Of a stretch of 64,000 bases of DNA, positions 1 to 8,566 are shown in pieces. Position numbers and translations under genes: made by a program. This stretch comes from Oscillospiraceae bacterium (GTDB taxonomy: Bacteria > Bacillota > Clostridia > Oscillospirales > Oscillospiraceae), in contig JAZUEL010000040.1 in assembly GCA_045640125.1 (NCBI GenBank), forward strand, positions 4,305 through 68,304, in the 5' to 3' direction. Numbering within the stretch: the stretch's first letter is position 1; each line of letters starts with the position of its first letter. Below the pieces are notes generated by a model. That model was not told where the DNA came from. It saw nothing but the letters and a program-made list of their open reading frames with translations, and ran no database searches.

Positions 1-1
1 G

Positions 2-166
2 CCTCCGCTGCCGGAGATCTCGGGCAGCGATGCGGCGCGTCAGCTGCAGGAAAAGGTGGATGCGCTGAAGGCGGCGCAGGAGCTGGCGGCGCTTGAGGAA
101 AATCAACAGCTCTCTATCACGGAAACGGAACAGGTTGCTGAGGAAGCTGCGGAGGCGGCTCCGTGA
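2..166 (+). CDS. 3' end of an upstream gene (partial, runs off the window); Ala/Glu/Gln-rich coiled-coil-like tail
   Basis: Open frame from the window edge to TGA at 164-166 (...AARQLQEKVDALKAAQELAALEENQQ...AEEAAEAAP*). The stop overlaps the GTG start of the next ORF (GTGA). Its position upstream of ytfI/ytfJ-dacB-rluB recalls scpB in Bacillus-type synteny, but the 54 visible residues are not diagnostic. Confidence 0.35.
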   Translation, partial: PPLPEISGSDAARQLQEKVDALKAAQELAALEENQQLSITETEQVAEEAAEAAP

Positions 167-747
167 ACGGTTACGGCTGCATCGTCATTGCGGCGGTCGT
201 TCTGGCTCTCTTTTGTCTGCTTTCCGTCACGGCGGAAGCCCGCTTTGAGGACTGGACATTTCGCTGGGAAATCAAGATCGGCGGGCTTCATTTTCTGCCG
301 AAGCGAAAGAAACGGGAGAAAGCGGAGGATGATGCGCCCGCACGGAAAACCAAGGATAAAAAAAAGCCGGACATGGGGAAGCTTCGTTGGTATGTCGATT
401 TCTTTTCCGATATACTGAAACGCTATAAGAAGCGTATTCGCATTGACACGCTGCGGATCAGTTTTCTGTCGGCCTTTGACGACCCCTATGATACCGCCAT
501 GGCGTACAGCTATGCCGGTATCGCCATGGAGACGATCGCGGGCATCGTCGGTGGGGAGGTTTCCGGGCTGCGATTGCACACAGACCTTGATTTTGACGCG
601 CAGGAACCGAAGCTCGACGCTTATATTCATGTAAATACACGGTTTCTGATCCTGATTCGGATTTACTTGACGTTCAAGCGGGAAAAGAAACGGTTTCAGA
701 AACAAGAGGCAAAGGAGAAGAACAATGTCGAATCAACCGATCGGTGA
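163..747 (+). CDS. DUF2953 / YtfI-like sporulation-associated membrane protein
   Basis: 194-aa ORF with an N-terminal hydrophobic helix (CIVIAAVVLALFCLLSV) and Lys/Arg-rich linkers. It lies immediately upstream of, and overlaps, a clear ytfJ homologue, as in the Bacillus ytfI-ytfJ pair. Family call is from memory and synteny. Confidence 0.55.
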   Translation: MNGYGCIVIAAVVLALFCLLSVTAEARFEDWTFRWEIKIGGLHFLPKRKKREKAEDDAPARKTKDKKKPDMGKLRWYVDFFSDILKRYKKRIRIDTLRISFLSAFDDPYDTAMAYSYAGIAMETIAGIVGGEVSGLRLHTDLDFDAQEPKLDAYIHVNTRFLILIRIYLTFKREKKRFQKQEAKEKNNVESTDR

Positions 748-1111
748 ACTGATGGCGGGAGCCATCGAAAAGATTCGCGACATGGTGGATGCCAACACCA
801 TGGTGGGTGCGCCCATTACCACGCCCGACGGCGTGACGGTCATTCCCGTGAGCCGCATGAGCTTCGGACTGGCTTCCGGCGGCAGCGATAAGACCGAGAA
901 AAACAACGGGATCTGGGGCGGTGCCGGTGCGGCGGTCCGCGTGGTCCCGATCGGATTCCTGGTCATCAAGGACGGCGGCGTGCGTATGCTGAATATCGCG
1001 CCTCCGGCGGTCAGCCCCGTCACCCGTGCCATGGACCTCGTGCCGGAGATCATGGACAAGATCGAGGGCTATGTGGATAAATACAGCAAGAACGGGGATT
1101 CCGAGGCTTAA
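725..1111 (+). CDS. ytfJ: GerW/YtfJ family sporulation protein
   Basis: 128 aa. The N-terminal region PIGELMAGAIEKIRDMVDANTMVGAPITTPDGVTVIPVSRMSFGLASGGSD matches the conserved YtfJ pattern (hPI..l....e.l.emiD.nTi.G.Pi.tPDG..vi.vS.v.FGfa.GGs). Confidence 0.85.
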   Translation: MSNQPIGELMAGAIEKIRDMVDANTMVGAPITTPDGVTVIPVSRMSFGLASGGSDKTEKNNGIWGGAGAAVRVVPIGFLVIKDGGVRMLNIAPPAVSPVTRAMDLVPEIMDKIEGYVDKYSKNGDSEA

Positions 1112-1152
1112 TTTTCCCTATAAATGGGCATACTGGCATCGGGTGATGCAGT

Positions 1153-2265
1153 ATGAAAAAATTAATTCTGCTTATGGCAGCGGTACTCTGTCTGTCCCCG
1201 CTGACGGCGTATGCCGTGGAGGCGGAGCCGGAGGTTTCGGCGGCGGCGTATATTCTCTATGAGCCGGAGAGCGGAACGGTGCTGACGGAGCACAATGCAG
1301 ACGAGCAGCATCTCATCGCCAGCACGACCAAGATCATGACCGCGCTCGTGGTGCTGGAGCACTGCGAGCTGTATGAGCCGGTGGAAATCGCGCCGGAATG
1401 GGCGGCGATCGAGGGCTCGTCCATGTATCTGAAAGCGGGACAGCGCTATACGGTGGAGGAACTGCTCTACGGCATGATGCTTGTCTCCGGCAACGATGCC
1501 GCCACGGCGCTGGCGTGTCATGCGGCGGGCAGTGTGGAAGCCTTTGCCGCATGGATGAACGAGAAAGCGTCGGAGCTGGGCTGTGAGAACACTCACTTTG
1601 AAAACGCCTGTGGGCTTGACGGCGAGGCGCATTACTCCACTGCGCGTGACCTCGCGCGGATAGCGGCGGCGGCCATCCGGAACGAGGACTTTCGGCGCAT
1701 CGTCTCGACCAAATGCAAAACGATTCAGGGCGATACCTTTTATAACCACAATAAGCTGCTTGCCCGCTGCAAGGGTGTGTTCGGGGTTAAGACCGGCTAC
1801 ACCATGGCAGCCGGACGGACGCTTGTCTCCGCCTGCGAGCGCGACGGAATGACGCTGATCTGCGTCACGCTTGCCGACCGAAACGACTGGACAGACCATG
1901 CCTCGCTGTACGATTGGGCATACGGCGAGTGGCGCTCGGTCAATGCGGCGGATTACGCCCAAGACCTGTCCGTGTATGTGATCGGCGGGAAACAGGCGGA
2001 GCTGACGGCGGCGGGGGACTGCTGCGTGCTGCTGCGAAAGGATGCGGAGCTTTCGGTCGTGACCGAGCTTCCGCCTTTTGTCTTTGAGGGACTGGAACAG
2101 GGAACGGAGCTGGGACGGCTGTGCTTCCTGGCGGACGGGGAGCCTGTGGGCGAGTGTCCGTTGGTGCTCGGCTGCAGCCTGCCTGTGACCGATGAGCCGC
2201 TTTCAAGGGGCGAACGATTCGTCCGCCTCTGGAAATCGGCGGGAAGGAATATCTATTCATTTTGA
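1153..2265 (+). CDS. dacB: D-alanyl-D-alanine carboxypeptidase (peptidase S11, PBP5-type)
   Basis: Signal peptide MKKLILLMAAVLCLSPLTAYA. All three PBP motifs are present: SxxK (ASTTKIMT), SxN (SGND), KTG (VKTGYT). The symbol is assigned from synteny with ytfJ and rluB; the product call is more certain than the paralogue. Confidence 0.8.
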   Translation: MKKLILLMAAVLCLSPLTAYAVEAEPEVSAAAYILYEPESGTVLTEHNADEQHLIASTTKIMTALVVLEHCELYEPVEIAPEWAAIEGSSMYLKAGQRYTVEELLYGMMLVSGNDAATALACHAAGSVEAFAAWMNEKASELGCENTHFENACGLDGEAHYSTARDLARIAAAAIRNEDFRRIVSTKCKTIQGDTFYNHNKLLARCKGVFGVKTGYTMAAGRTLVSACERDGMTLICVTLADRNDWTDHASLYDWAYGEWRSVNAADYAQDLSVYVIGGKQAELTAAGDCCVLLRKDAELSVVTELPPFVFEGLEQGTELGRLCFLADGEPVGECPLVLGCSLPVTDEPLSRGERFVRLWKSAGRNIYSF

Positions 2266-2984
2266 CGGAACGACTGCAAAAACTTATTTCGGCGGCGGGC
2301 ATTGCATCCCGCCGTGCGGCGGAGAAGATGATCGCCGAGGGACGCGTGCAGGTCAACGGAAAGACCGCCGAGATCGGTATGTCCGCCGATCCGGACAAGG
2401 ATCTTGTCACGGTGGACGGCGAGCCGATCACGCTCGGCACACGCCGCCGCTACATAATGCTGAACAAGCCCCGCGGCTACGTCACGACCATGTCGGATGA
2501 GTTCGGTCGGCCCACGGTGGTGGAACTGACAAAGGATGCCGGCGGGCGGCTCTATCCCATCGGGCGGCTCGATATGGATTCCGAGGGACTGCTGCTTCTC
2601 ACGGACGACGGCGATTTTGCCAATCGGATGATGCATCCGGCGCGTGAGGTCAACAAGGTCTATCAGGTCTTTGTGCAGGGCAAAGATATCCACGCCGCTG
2701 TCCGGCAGCTTCAGGCCATGCGGGAGCTAGACGGCGAGCCGATCGCCGCGGCGCAGGCCTCGCTGATTGAGCGGCACGGTGACGGCGCGGAGCTGCAAAT
2801 CGTCATCCATGAGGGGAAAAACCGTCAGGTGCGCCGGATGTGCGCCGCCTGCGGGCTGCACGTTTCGCGGCTCGTTCGACTGGCGGAGGGCTCTCTCGTG
2901 CTGGGGGATCTGGCATCGGGCGCGTGGCGCTATCTGACAAAAGATGAAGTGAGAACTTGCATGAATGACATAAATATGTCATGA
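2262..2984 (+). CDS. rluB: 23S rRNA pseudouridine synthase, RsuA/RluB family
   Basis: N-terminal S4 domain (RLQKLISAAGIASRRAAEKMIAEGRVQVNGK) followed by the catalytic GRLDMDSEGLLLLTDDG motif. Start overlaps the dacB stop. Confidence 0.85.
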   Translation: MTERLQKLISAAGIASRRAAEKMIAEGRVQVNGKTAEIGMSADPDKDLVTVDGEPITLGTRRRYIMLNKPRGYVTTMSDEFGRPTVVELTKDAGGRLYPIGRLDMDSEGLLLLTDDGDFANRMMHPAREVNKVYQVFVQGKDIHAAVRQLQAMRELDGEPIAAAQASLIERHGDGAELQIVIHEGKNRQVRRMCAACGLHVSRLVRLAEGSLVLGDLASGAWRYLTKDEVRTCMNDINMS

Positions 2985-3055
2985 TTTTGCTCTTTTTATA
3001 AAAAATTTGAAAGAAATCATCATTTTGCTTGCATTTTCGGGATGGACTTATTAAG

Positions 3056-3946
3056 ATGAAGAAAAGCCAAAGCAAGCAGGTGAATGCCATGGAAAAAGAT
3101 ATACTTTCCCAGATTTCCGAAAAGAGCAGCCGCTTTTCCCGCGGACAGCGGAGCATTGCGCGGTATATTTCGGAAAACTACGATAAAGCCGCCTTTATGA
3201 CGGCAGGGAAGCTCGCCCTCACGGCGGGGGTCAGCGAATCGACCGTCGTCCGCTTTGCGACAGAGCTGGGCTATGAGGGCTACCCCGAAATGCGCAAAGC
3301 CCTGCAGGAACTTGTCCGCAACCGTCTGACGAGCGTGCAGCGCATTGCGGCCTCGCGGGAGATGCTGGACAGTCCCGCACTGCTCAAATCCGTTATGGGT
3401 GCGGATATGGACAAGCTCCGCGTGAGCTATGAGGCGCTGAGTCAGCAGAGCTTTGACGAAGCGGTGGACGCTATCACCGAGGCGAAAAATGTCTACATCC
3501 TCGGGATGCGATCCTCGGCGGCGCTCTCGTCGTTCATGGGCTTTTATCTCAATTACCTCATGGACAATGTCCGCGTTGTGAACGATACCAAGGGCAGCGA
3601 GGTCTACGAGCAGATGCTGCGCATCGGTCCCGGAGATGTTCTGTTCTGCATCAGCTTCCCGCGCTATACATCGAACTCCCTCAGCGCGGCGCGCTTCGCC
3701 AAGGAGCACGGTGCGCGGATCATTGCCCTGACCGATAACGATTCCTCGCCCTTTGCCTCCATCGCGGATACGGTGCTGTTTGCCAAGAGTGATATGGTCT
3801 CGTTTCTGGACTCGCTCGTGGCACCTATGAGCGTCATTAATGCCATCATCATCGCCATAGCTTCCCGCAGTCGGGAGACGCTGGACGACACATTTTCCAA
3901 GCTGGAGGCCCTTTGGGATGAATACGGAGTATTTGCGGAAAGCTGA
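3056..3946 (+). CDS. MurR/RpiR family transcriptional regulator (HTH + SIS domain)
   Basis: HTH_6-like N-terminus (RSIARYISENYDKAAFMTAGKLALTAGVSESTVVRFATELGYEGY) and a SIS domain (VYILGMRSSAALSSF...). Start is uncertain; ATGs at 3056 and 3089 are both possible. Confidence 0.8.
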   Translation: MKKSQSKQVNAMEKDILSQISEKSSRFSRGQRSIARYISENYDKAAFMTAGKLALTAGVSESTVVRFATELGYEGYPEMRKALQELVRNRLTSVQRIAASREMLDSPALLKSVMGADMDKLRVSYEALSQQSFDEAVDAITEAKNVYILGMRSSAALSSFMGFYLNYLMDNVRVVNDTKGSEVYEQMLRIGPGDVLFCISFPRYTSNSLSAARFAKEHGARIIALTDNDSSPFASIADTVLFAKSDMVSFLDSLVAPMSVINAIIIAIASRSRETLDDTFSKLEALWDEYGVFAES

Positions 3947-5174
3947 GGTCGTTGTCATCGGCGGCGGTGCCGCGGGTATGATGGCGGCGCTGACGGCAGC
4001 GGAGCAAGGCAAAAGCGTCATCCTGCTCGAGCCGAACGACAAGCTCGGACGCAAGCTGCGTATCACGGGCAAGGGACGCTGCAACTGCACCAACCACTGC
4101 TCCGTCAAGGAGTTTTTGGAAAACGTTCCGACGAATCCCAAATTTTTGATGAGTGCGCTTCATGCGTTTCCGCCGGAAAAAGTCATGGAATTTTTTGAGG
4201 GCATCGGTGTGCCGCTCAAGACCGAGCGCGGCAACCGCGTTTTTCCCGTTTCCGACAGCGCCAACGACCTGGCAGATCATTTGGCGGCGGCCATGCGCGC
4301 AGCCGGTGTCAGCGTGAAAAAGACGCGGGCGCGGGCCCTTTGCTTGCAGGACGGGCGGATCGTCGGTGTGAAAACGGCAGACGACGGGACGATAGAATGC
4401 GATGCCGTCGTCGTGGCGACGGGTGGCAAAAGCTATCCGCTCACCGGCTCGAGGGGAGATGGCTACACCCTGGCTCAAGCCTGCGGTCACAGTATCTCGG
4501 AGCCGAAAGCCTCGCTGGTGCCGCTGGAAAGTTCGGATGAATTTTGTTCGGAGCTTTCGGGCTTTGCCCCGCGGAATGTGACGCTGTCCGTCTATGAAAA
4601 CGGCAAGCTCATTTTCAAAGAGTTGGGCGAAATGCTGTTTGCGCATTTCGGTGTGACGGGGCCTTTGGTGCTGTCGGCGAGCTGCCATATGCACGATTTT
4701 GTCCATAAAAAATACGAGCTGTTCATCGACTTTAAGCCCGCATTGGACGAACAAAAGCTGGACGAGCGACTCCTGCGGGACTTTGCCCGCTTTGCTAACC
4801 GCGACTTCGGAAACGCGCTGGATGAGCTGGCGGCCAAGTCCTTTATCCCTGTGCTGGTGCGGATGTCCGACATTCCGGCGGATAAAAAAGTGCATTCCAT
4901 TACCAGACAGGAGCGGAAAAAACTTGTCTCGCTGCTGAAAGCCTTTCCCGTGCAGGTCACGGGGCCGAGACCGATCGACGAAGCGATCGTCACCTCCGGC
5001 GGCGTGGACGTGCGGGAGATCGACCCGCGCACGATGCAGTCGAAGCTGGTCGGCGGACTCTATTTTGCGGGCGAGGTTTTGGACGTGGATGCCTATACGG
5101 GCGGCTTTAATCTTCAGATCGCATGGTCTACCGGCCGCTGTGCCGGACTTCATGCGGGAAAGGATACAGAATGA
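3918..5174 (+). CDS. NAD(P)/FAD-dependent oxidoreductase, BaiN/HI0933 family
   Basis: N-terminal dinucleotide-binding motif VVVIGGGAAGMMAA and the family-typical C-terminus (GGVDVREIDPRTMQSKLVGGLYFAGEVLDVDAYTGGFNLQIAWSTG). Confidence 0.8.
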   Translation: MNTEYLRKAEVVVIGGGAAGMMAALTAAEQGKSVILLEPNDKLGRKLRITGKGRCNCTNHCSVKEFLENVPTNPKFLMSALHAFPPEKVMEFFEGIGVPLKTERGNRVFPVSDSANDLADHLAAAMRAAGVSVKKTRARALCLQDGRIVGVKTADDGTIECDAVVVATGGKSYPLTGSRGDGYTLAQACGHSISEPKASLVPLESSDEFCSELSGFAPRNVTLSVYENGKLIFKELGEMLFAHFGVTGPLVLSASCHMHDFVHKKYELFIDFKPALDEQKLDERLLRDFARFANRDFGNALDELAAKSFIPVLVRMSDIPADKKVHSITRQERKKLVSLLKAFPVQVTGPRPIDEAIVTSGGVDVREIDPRTMQSKLVGGLYFAGEVLDVDAYTGGFNLQIAWSTGRCAGLHAGKDTE

Positions 5175-5854
5175 ACGAAAAGATTTGCACGATCGCCATT
5201 GACGGTCCTTCGGGTGCCGGAAAGAGCACGATCGCCCGCGCGGCGGCGGAGCGCTTCGGCTTTATCTATGTCGACACCGGTGCCATTTACCGCACGGTCG
5301 GCCTGGCGGCGCGTCGGGCGGGGATCGACCCCAAAGACCCGGACACGGTGACCGCGCTGCTGCCCTCGCTGAAGATCGAGCTGCGCCACGGTGAGGACGG
5401 GATGCAGCGTATGTATCTGAACGGGGAGGATGTCTCGGGGCTTATTCGCACGCCGGAGATCAGTATGTATGCCTCGGCGGTTTCCGCGATCCCCGCTGTG
5501 CGCGCTTTTCTGATGGATATGCAGCGCGATATGGCGAAGACCATGAGCGTCATCATGGACGGACGCGACATCGGCACAGTTGTTCTGCCCGATGCGGGGC
5601 TGAAGATCTTCATGACGGCTTCCGCCGAAGCGCGTGCCCGCCGCCGTCTGCTGGAGCTGCAGCAGAAGGGGGAGACGGTAAGCTTTGACGAAGTGCTTCG
5701 GGATATGATCGAGCGCGACCGAAACGACTCCACCCGCGCGGCGGCACCGCTGAAGCAGGCGGAGGATGCCGTGCTGCTCGACACGACAGAGCTTGACCTT
5801 GCCGGCAGCATTGACGCTGTTTCCAATCTGATCCGCGAAAGGTTTTCTTTATGA
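5171..5854 (+). CDS. cmk: (d)CMP kinase
   Basis: IAIDGPSGAGKST P-loop, YVDTGAIYR, MDGRDIGTVVLPDA. The ATG at 5171 forms an ATGA overlap with the preceding stop, so the ORF-track start at 5123 was trimmed. Confidence 0.9.
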   Translation: MNEKICTIAIDGPSGAGKSTIARAAAERFGFIYVDTGAIYRTVGLAARRAGIDPKDPDTVTALLPSLKIELRHGEDGMQRMYLNGEDVSGLIRTPEISMYASAVSAIPAVRAFLMDMQRDMAKTMSVIMDGRDIGTVVLPDAGLKIFMTASAEARARRRLLELQQKGETVSFDEVLRDMIERDRNDSTRAAAPLKQAEDAVLLDTTELDLAGSIDAVSNLIRERFSL

Positions 5855-6435
5855 GATTTTTCTACATACTTGCTTATATCATTCTCTGGATTCCCTGTCA
5901 TGTTCTGTATCCGATAATCGTCACAGGCCGCGCCAACATTCCGGCGGGAGCCTGCGTGATTTGCGCGAATCATTCCAACTATATCGACCCGTTGTTGCTG
6001 ATCTATGCCTTTGGTCTTCCGTGTTTTTTGCACTGCATGAGCAAGAAAGAAAACATGGAAAAGCCCGTCATCGGCTGGATCTATAAAATGTGCGGAGCCT
6101 ACGGTGTGAATCGTGACGAACAGGATATCGTCGCGGCGCGGACAACGCTGAAGCTGCTGAAGGAGGGGAAAAAGGTCGTCATCTTCCCCGAAGGCACCCG
6201 CACGAGCGTCGATGATGCGAATGCCGGAAAGCCCGGCGCGGTGCGTTTCGCCGCCAAATGCGGTGTGCCGATCGTGCCGGTGTTCATCACACGCGGAAAA
6301 AAGGTGTTTCATCTGGTGCGCATCCGCATTGGCGAATGCTTTGAGCCGCAATGTCATACGCAGGAGGATTACCTGACCGAGACCCATTCTCTGTTGGAAA
6401 AGATCTTCGCTTTGGGAGCGTTGCATGGAAATTAA
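5851..6435 (+). CDS. plsC: 1-acyl-sn-glycerol-3-phosphate acyltransferase
   Basis: HX4D-type acyltransferase motif (NHSNYIDP) and FPEGTRT motif. ATGA overlap with the cmk stop. Confidence 0.8.
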   Translation: MRFFYILAYIILWIPCHVLYPIIVTGRANIPAGACVICANHSNYIDPLLLIYAFGLPCFLHCMSKKENMEKPVIGWIYKMCGAYGVNRDEQDIVAARTTLKLLKEGKKVVIFPEGTRTSVDDANAGKPGAVRFAAKCGVPIVPVFITRGKKVFHLVRIRIGECFEPQCHTQEDYLTETHSLLEKIFALGALHGN

Positions 6436-8518
6436 GATCGCCAAAAGCGCCGGCTTCTGCTTCGGTGTCAACCGCGCGGTGAAGCTGGCGGAAAATACGC
6501 TGGCGGAATCCGGCACCTGCTACAGTCTGGGAGAACTCATTCACAATAAGGATGCGGTAGATGCGCTGGCCGGACGCGGCTTGGTGACAGCGGAATGCGC
6601 TGAGGATGTGCCGGACGGCGCGGAGCTCATCGTGCGCTCGCACGGCATCACGCGCAAGGAATATGAGTGTCTGACGGCGAAAAACTGCCGTATCGTGGAT
6701 GCGACCTGCCCGAAGGTGCTGCGTATTCATAAAATTGCGCAGAGAGTGCACGAGGAGGGCGGACGGCTGATCATTGTGGGCGAACCGGATCACCCCGAAG
6801 TGCAGGGAATCTGCGGCTGGTGCGAGGATGCCGTGGTGCTGCGGGACGGTGAGGAGCTCCTTTCTTGGGCTGCCCGGCAGCCGGAAGGGGAGGCTCTCGC
6901 GGTCACAGTGGTCTTTCAGACGACAAGCAATAAACAGAAACTTGAACAAAGTATTAACATTTTCAAAAAAAGCTATACAAATTCGAACTTGTTTGATACA
7001 ATATGCGATGCCACGTATATTCGGCAAAGTGAAGCGCGCGAGCTTTCCGCTGCGGTGGACGGTATGGTCGTTGTGGGTGGTCTCCACAGCGCCAACAGTG
7101 TTCATCTGGCGGAAATCTGCTGCGAAAACTGCGATAATGTGATGTTTGTGCAGAATGCGGACGGCTTCGATCCGTCCCGACTGAAAACCTGCAAGACCAT
7201 TGGCGTTACCGCCGGAGCTTCCACGCCGGCGTGGATAATTAAGGAGGTAGTAAACAAGATGACAGAAGAGACCGTTATTCAGGAGACCGAAGAAGTAGTT
7301 GAGCCCGTCGTGAGCGACGCGGAAAAGAGCTTTGATCAGCTGCTCGAGGACTCCATCAAAACGATCAGCAACGGCGATACGGTGACCGGTATCGTTGCGG
7401 CGATCACCCCCACGGAGATCACCCTGGATCTCTCCACGAAGCATTCCGGCTATATTCCCGTTTCGGAATTCACCAACGACGATTCCAGCGTCAACATCAA
7501 CGACCTGGTCAAAATCGGCGACGAGATCACCGCAACCGTCGTTCGTGTTAACGATGTGGAGGGTACGGCACAGCTGTCTAAGCGTCGTCTTGATGCTGCC
7601 CGCACCTGGAGCGACATCGAAGCCGCCCGCGAGGAAGGCACCGTTGTCGAGGGTAAAGTAACCGAAGAAAACAAGGGCGGTGTTGTCGTTTCCGTCAACG
7701 GCATCCGTGTCTTTGTTCCCGCTTCTCAGACCGGCCTCGGCCGCGACGTTCCGATGAGCACTCTCGTCGGCACCACCACCCGCCTCAAGATCACCGAGGT
7801 CAACCGCGCCCGCAAGCGCGTGGTCGGCTCCATCCGCAGCGTCCTGTACCGTGAGCGCAAGGAACGCTCCGAGAAGATCTGGAGCGAGATCGAAGTCGGC
7901 AAGAAATACACCGGCGTGGTCAAGTCTCTCGCTTCCTACGGCGCGTTCGTTGACATCGGCGGCGTGGATGGCATGGTTCATGTCTCTGAAGTGAGCTGGA
8001 GCCGCGTCCGCACTCCGGCTGACGTTCTGAACGTCGGCGACGAGATCGAAGTCTATGTCATCAGCTTCGACGCGGAGAAGAAGAAAATCTCTCTCGGCTA
8101 TCGCAAGGCGGAGGACAACCCCTGGGTCAAGTTCACCGAGCAGTTCCAGGAGGGCGACATCGCCTCTGTCAAGATCGTGAAGCTCATGACCTTCGGCGCT
8201 TTTGCCGAAGTCCTGCCCGGCGTGGACGGCCTGATCCATATCTCTCAGATCGCCAACCGCCGCATCGGCAAGCCCGAGGATGTTCTGACTGTCGGCGAGA
8301 CCGTGGATGCCAAGATTACGGCCATCGACAACGAGAAGCAGAAGATCAGCCTCTCCATCCGTGCTCTGATCGAGCCGGCTCCCGCCCCTGTGCGTGAGGC
8401 GGAGGAAGTCGAGGATGAGCCCGAGCAGTATGCCGGCGATGCGCTGGTTTACGAAGTCTCTGCCGAGGGCGAAGCTTCCGGTTTCGCTCCCGAGGCGGAC
8501 GAAGCTGTTGAGGAGTAA
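6425..8518 (+). CDS. ispH: Bifunctional 4-hydroxy-3-methylbut-2-enyl diphosphate reductase (IspH/LytB) / ribosomal protein S1 fusion
   Basis: The N-terminal ~280 aa are IspH-like (GFCFGVNRAV, three Cys ligand contexts, GASTPAWI). The C-terminal part has four S1 OB-fold repeats (e.g. GVVKSLASYGAFVDIGGVDGMVHVSE, VKIVKLMTFGAFAEVLPGVDGLIHISQ). Confidence 0.9.
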   Translation: MEIKIAKSAGFCFGVNRAVKLAENTLAESGTCYSLGELIHNKDAVDALAGRGLVTAECAEDVPDGAELIVRSHGITRKEYECLTAKNCRIVDATCPKVLRIHKIAQRVHEEGGRLIIVGEPDHPEVQGICGWCEDAVVLRDGEELLSWAARQPEGEALAVTVVFQTTSNKQKLEQSINIFKKSYTNSNLFDTICDATYIRQSEARELSAAVDGMVVVGGLHSANSVHLAEICCENCDNVMFVQNADGFDPSRLKTCKTIGVTAGASTPAWIIKEVVNKMTEETVIQETEEVVEPVVSDAEKSFDQLLEDSIKTISNGDTVTGIVAAITPTEITLDLSTKHSGYIPVSEFTNDDSSVNINDLVKIGDEITATVVRVNDVEGTAQLSKRRLDAARTWSDIEAAREEGTVVEGKVTEENKGGVVVSVNGIRVFVPASQTGLGRDVPMSTLVGTTTRLKITEVNRARKRVVGSIRSVLYRERKERSEKIWSEIEVGKKYTGVVKSLASYGAFVDIGGVDGMVHVSEVSWSRVRTPADVLNVGDEIEVYVISFDAEKKKISLGYRKAEDNPWVKFTEQFQEGDIASVKIVKLMTFGAFAEVLPGVDGLIHISQIANRRIGKPEDVLTVGETVDAKITAIDNEKQKISLSIRALIEPAPAPVREAEEVEDEPEQYAGDALVYEVSAEGEASGFAPEADEAVEE

Positions 8519-8530
8519 TCCAACACAATA

Positions 8531-8566
8531 AAAAAATCCCGACTCAAACGAGTCGGGATTTTTTGT
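8531..8566. terminator. Bidirectional intrinsic terminator between convergent ispH/rpsA and recG
   Basis: A-run, 10-bp stem ATCCCGACTC / GAGTCGGGAT with a 4-nt loop, then a T-run. Confidence 0.8.
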
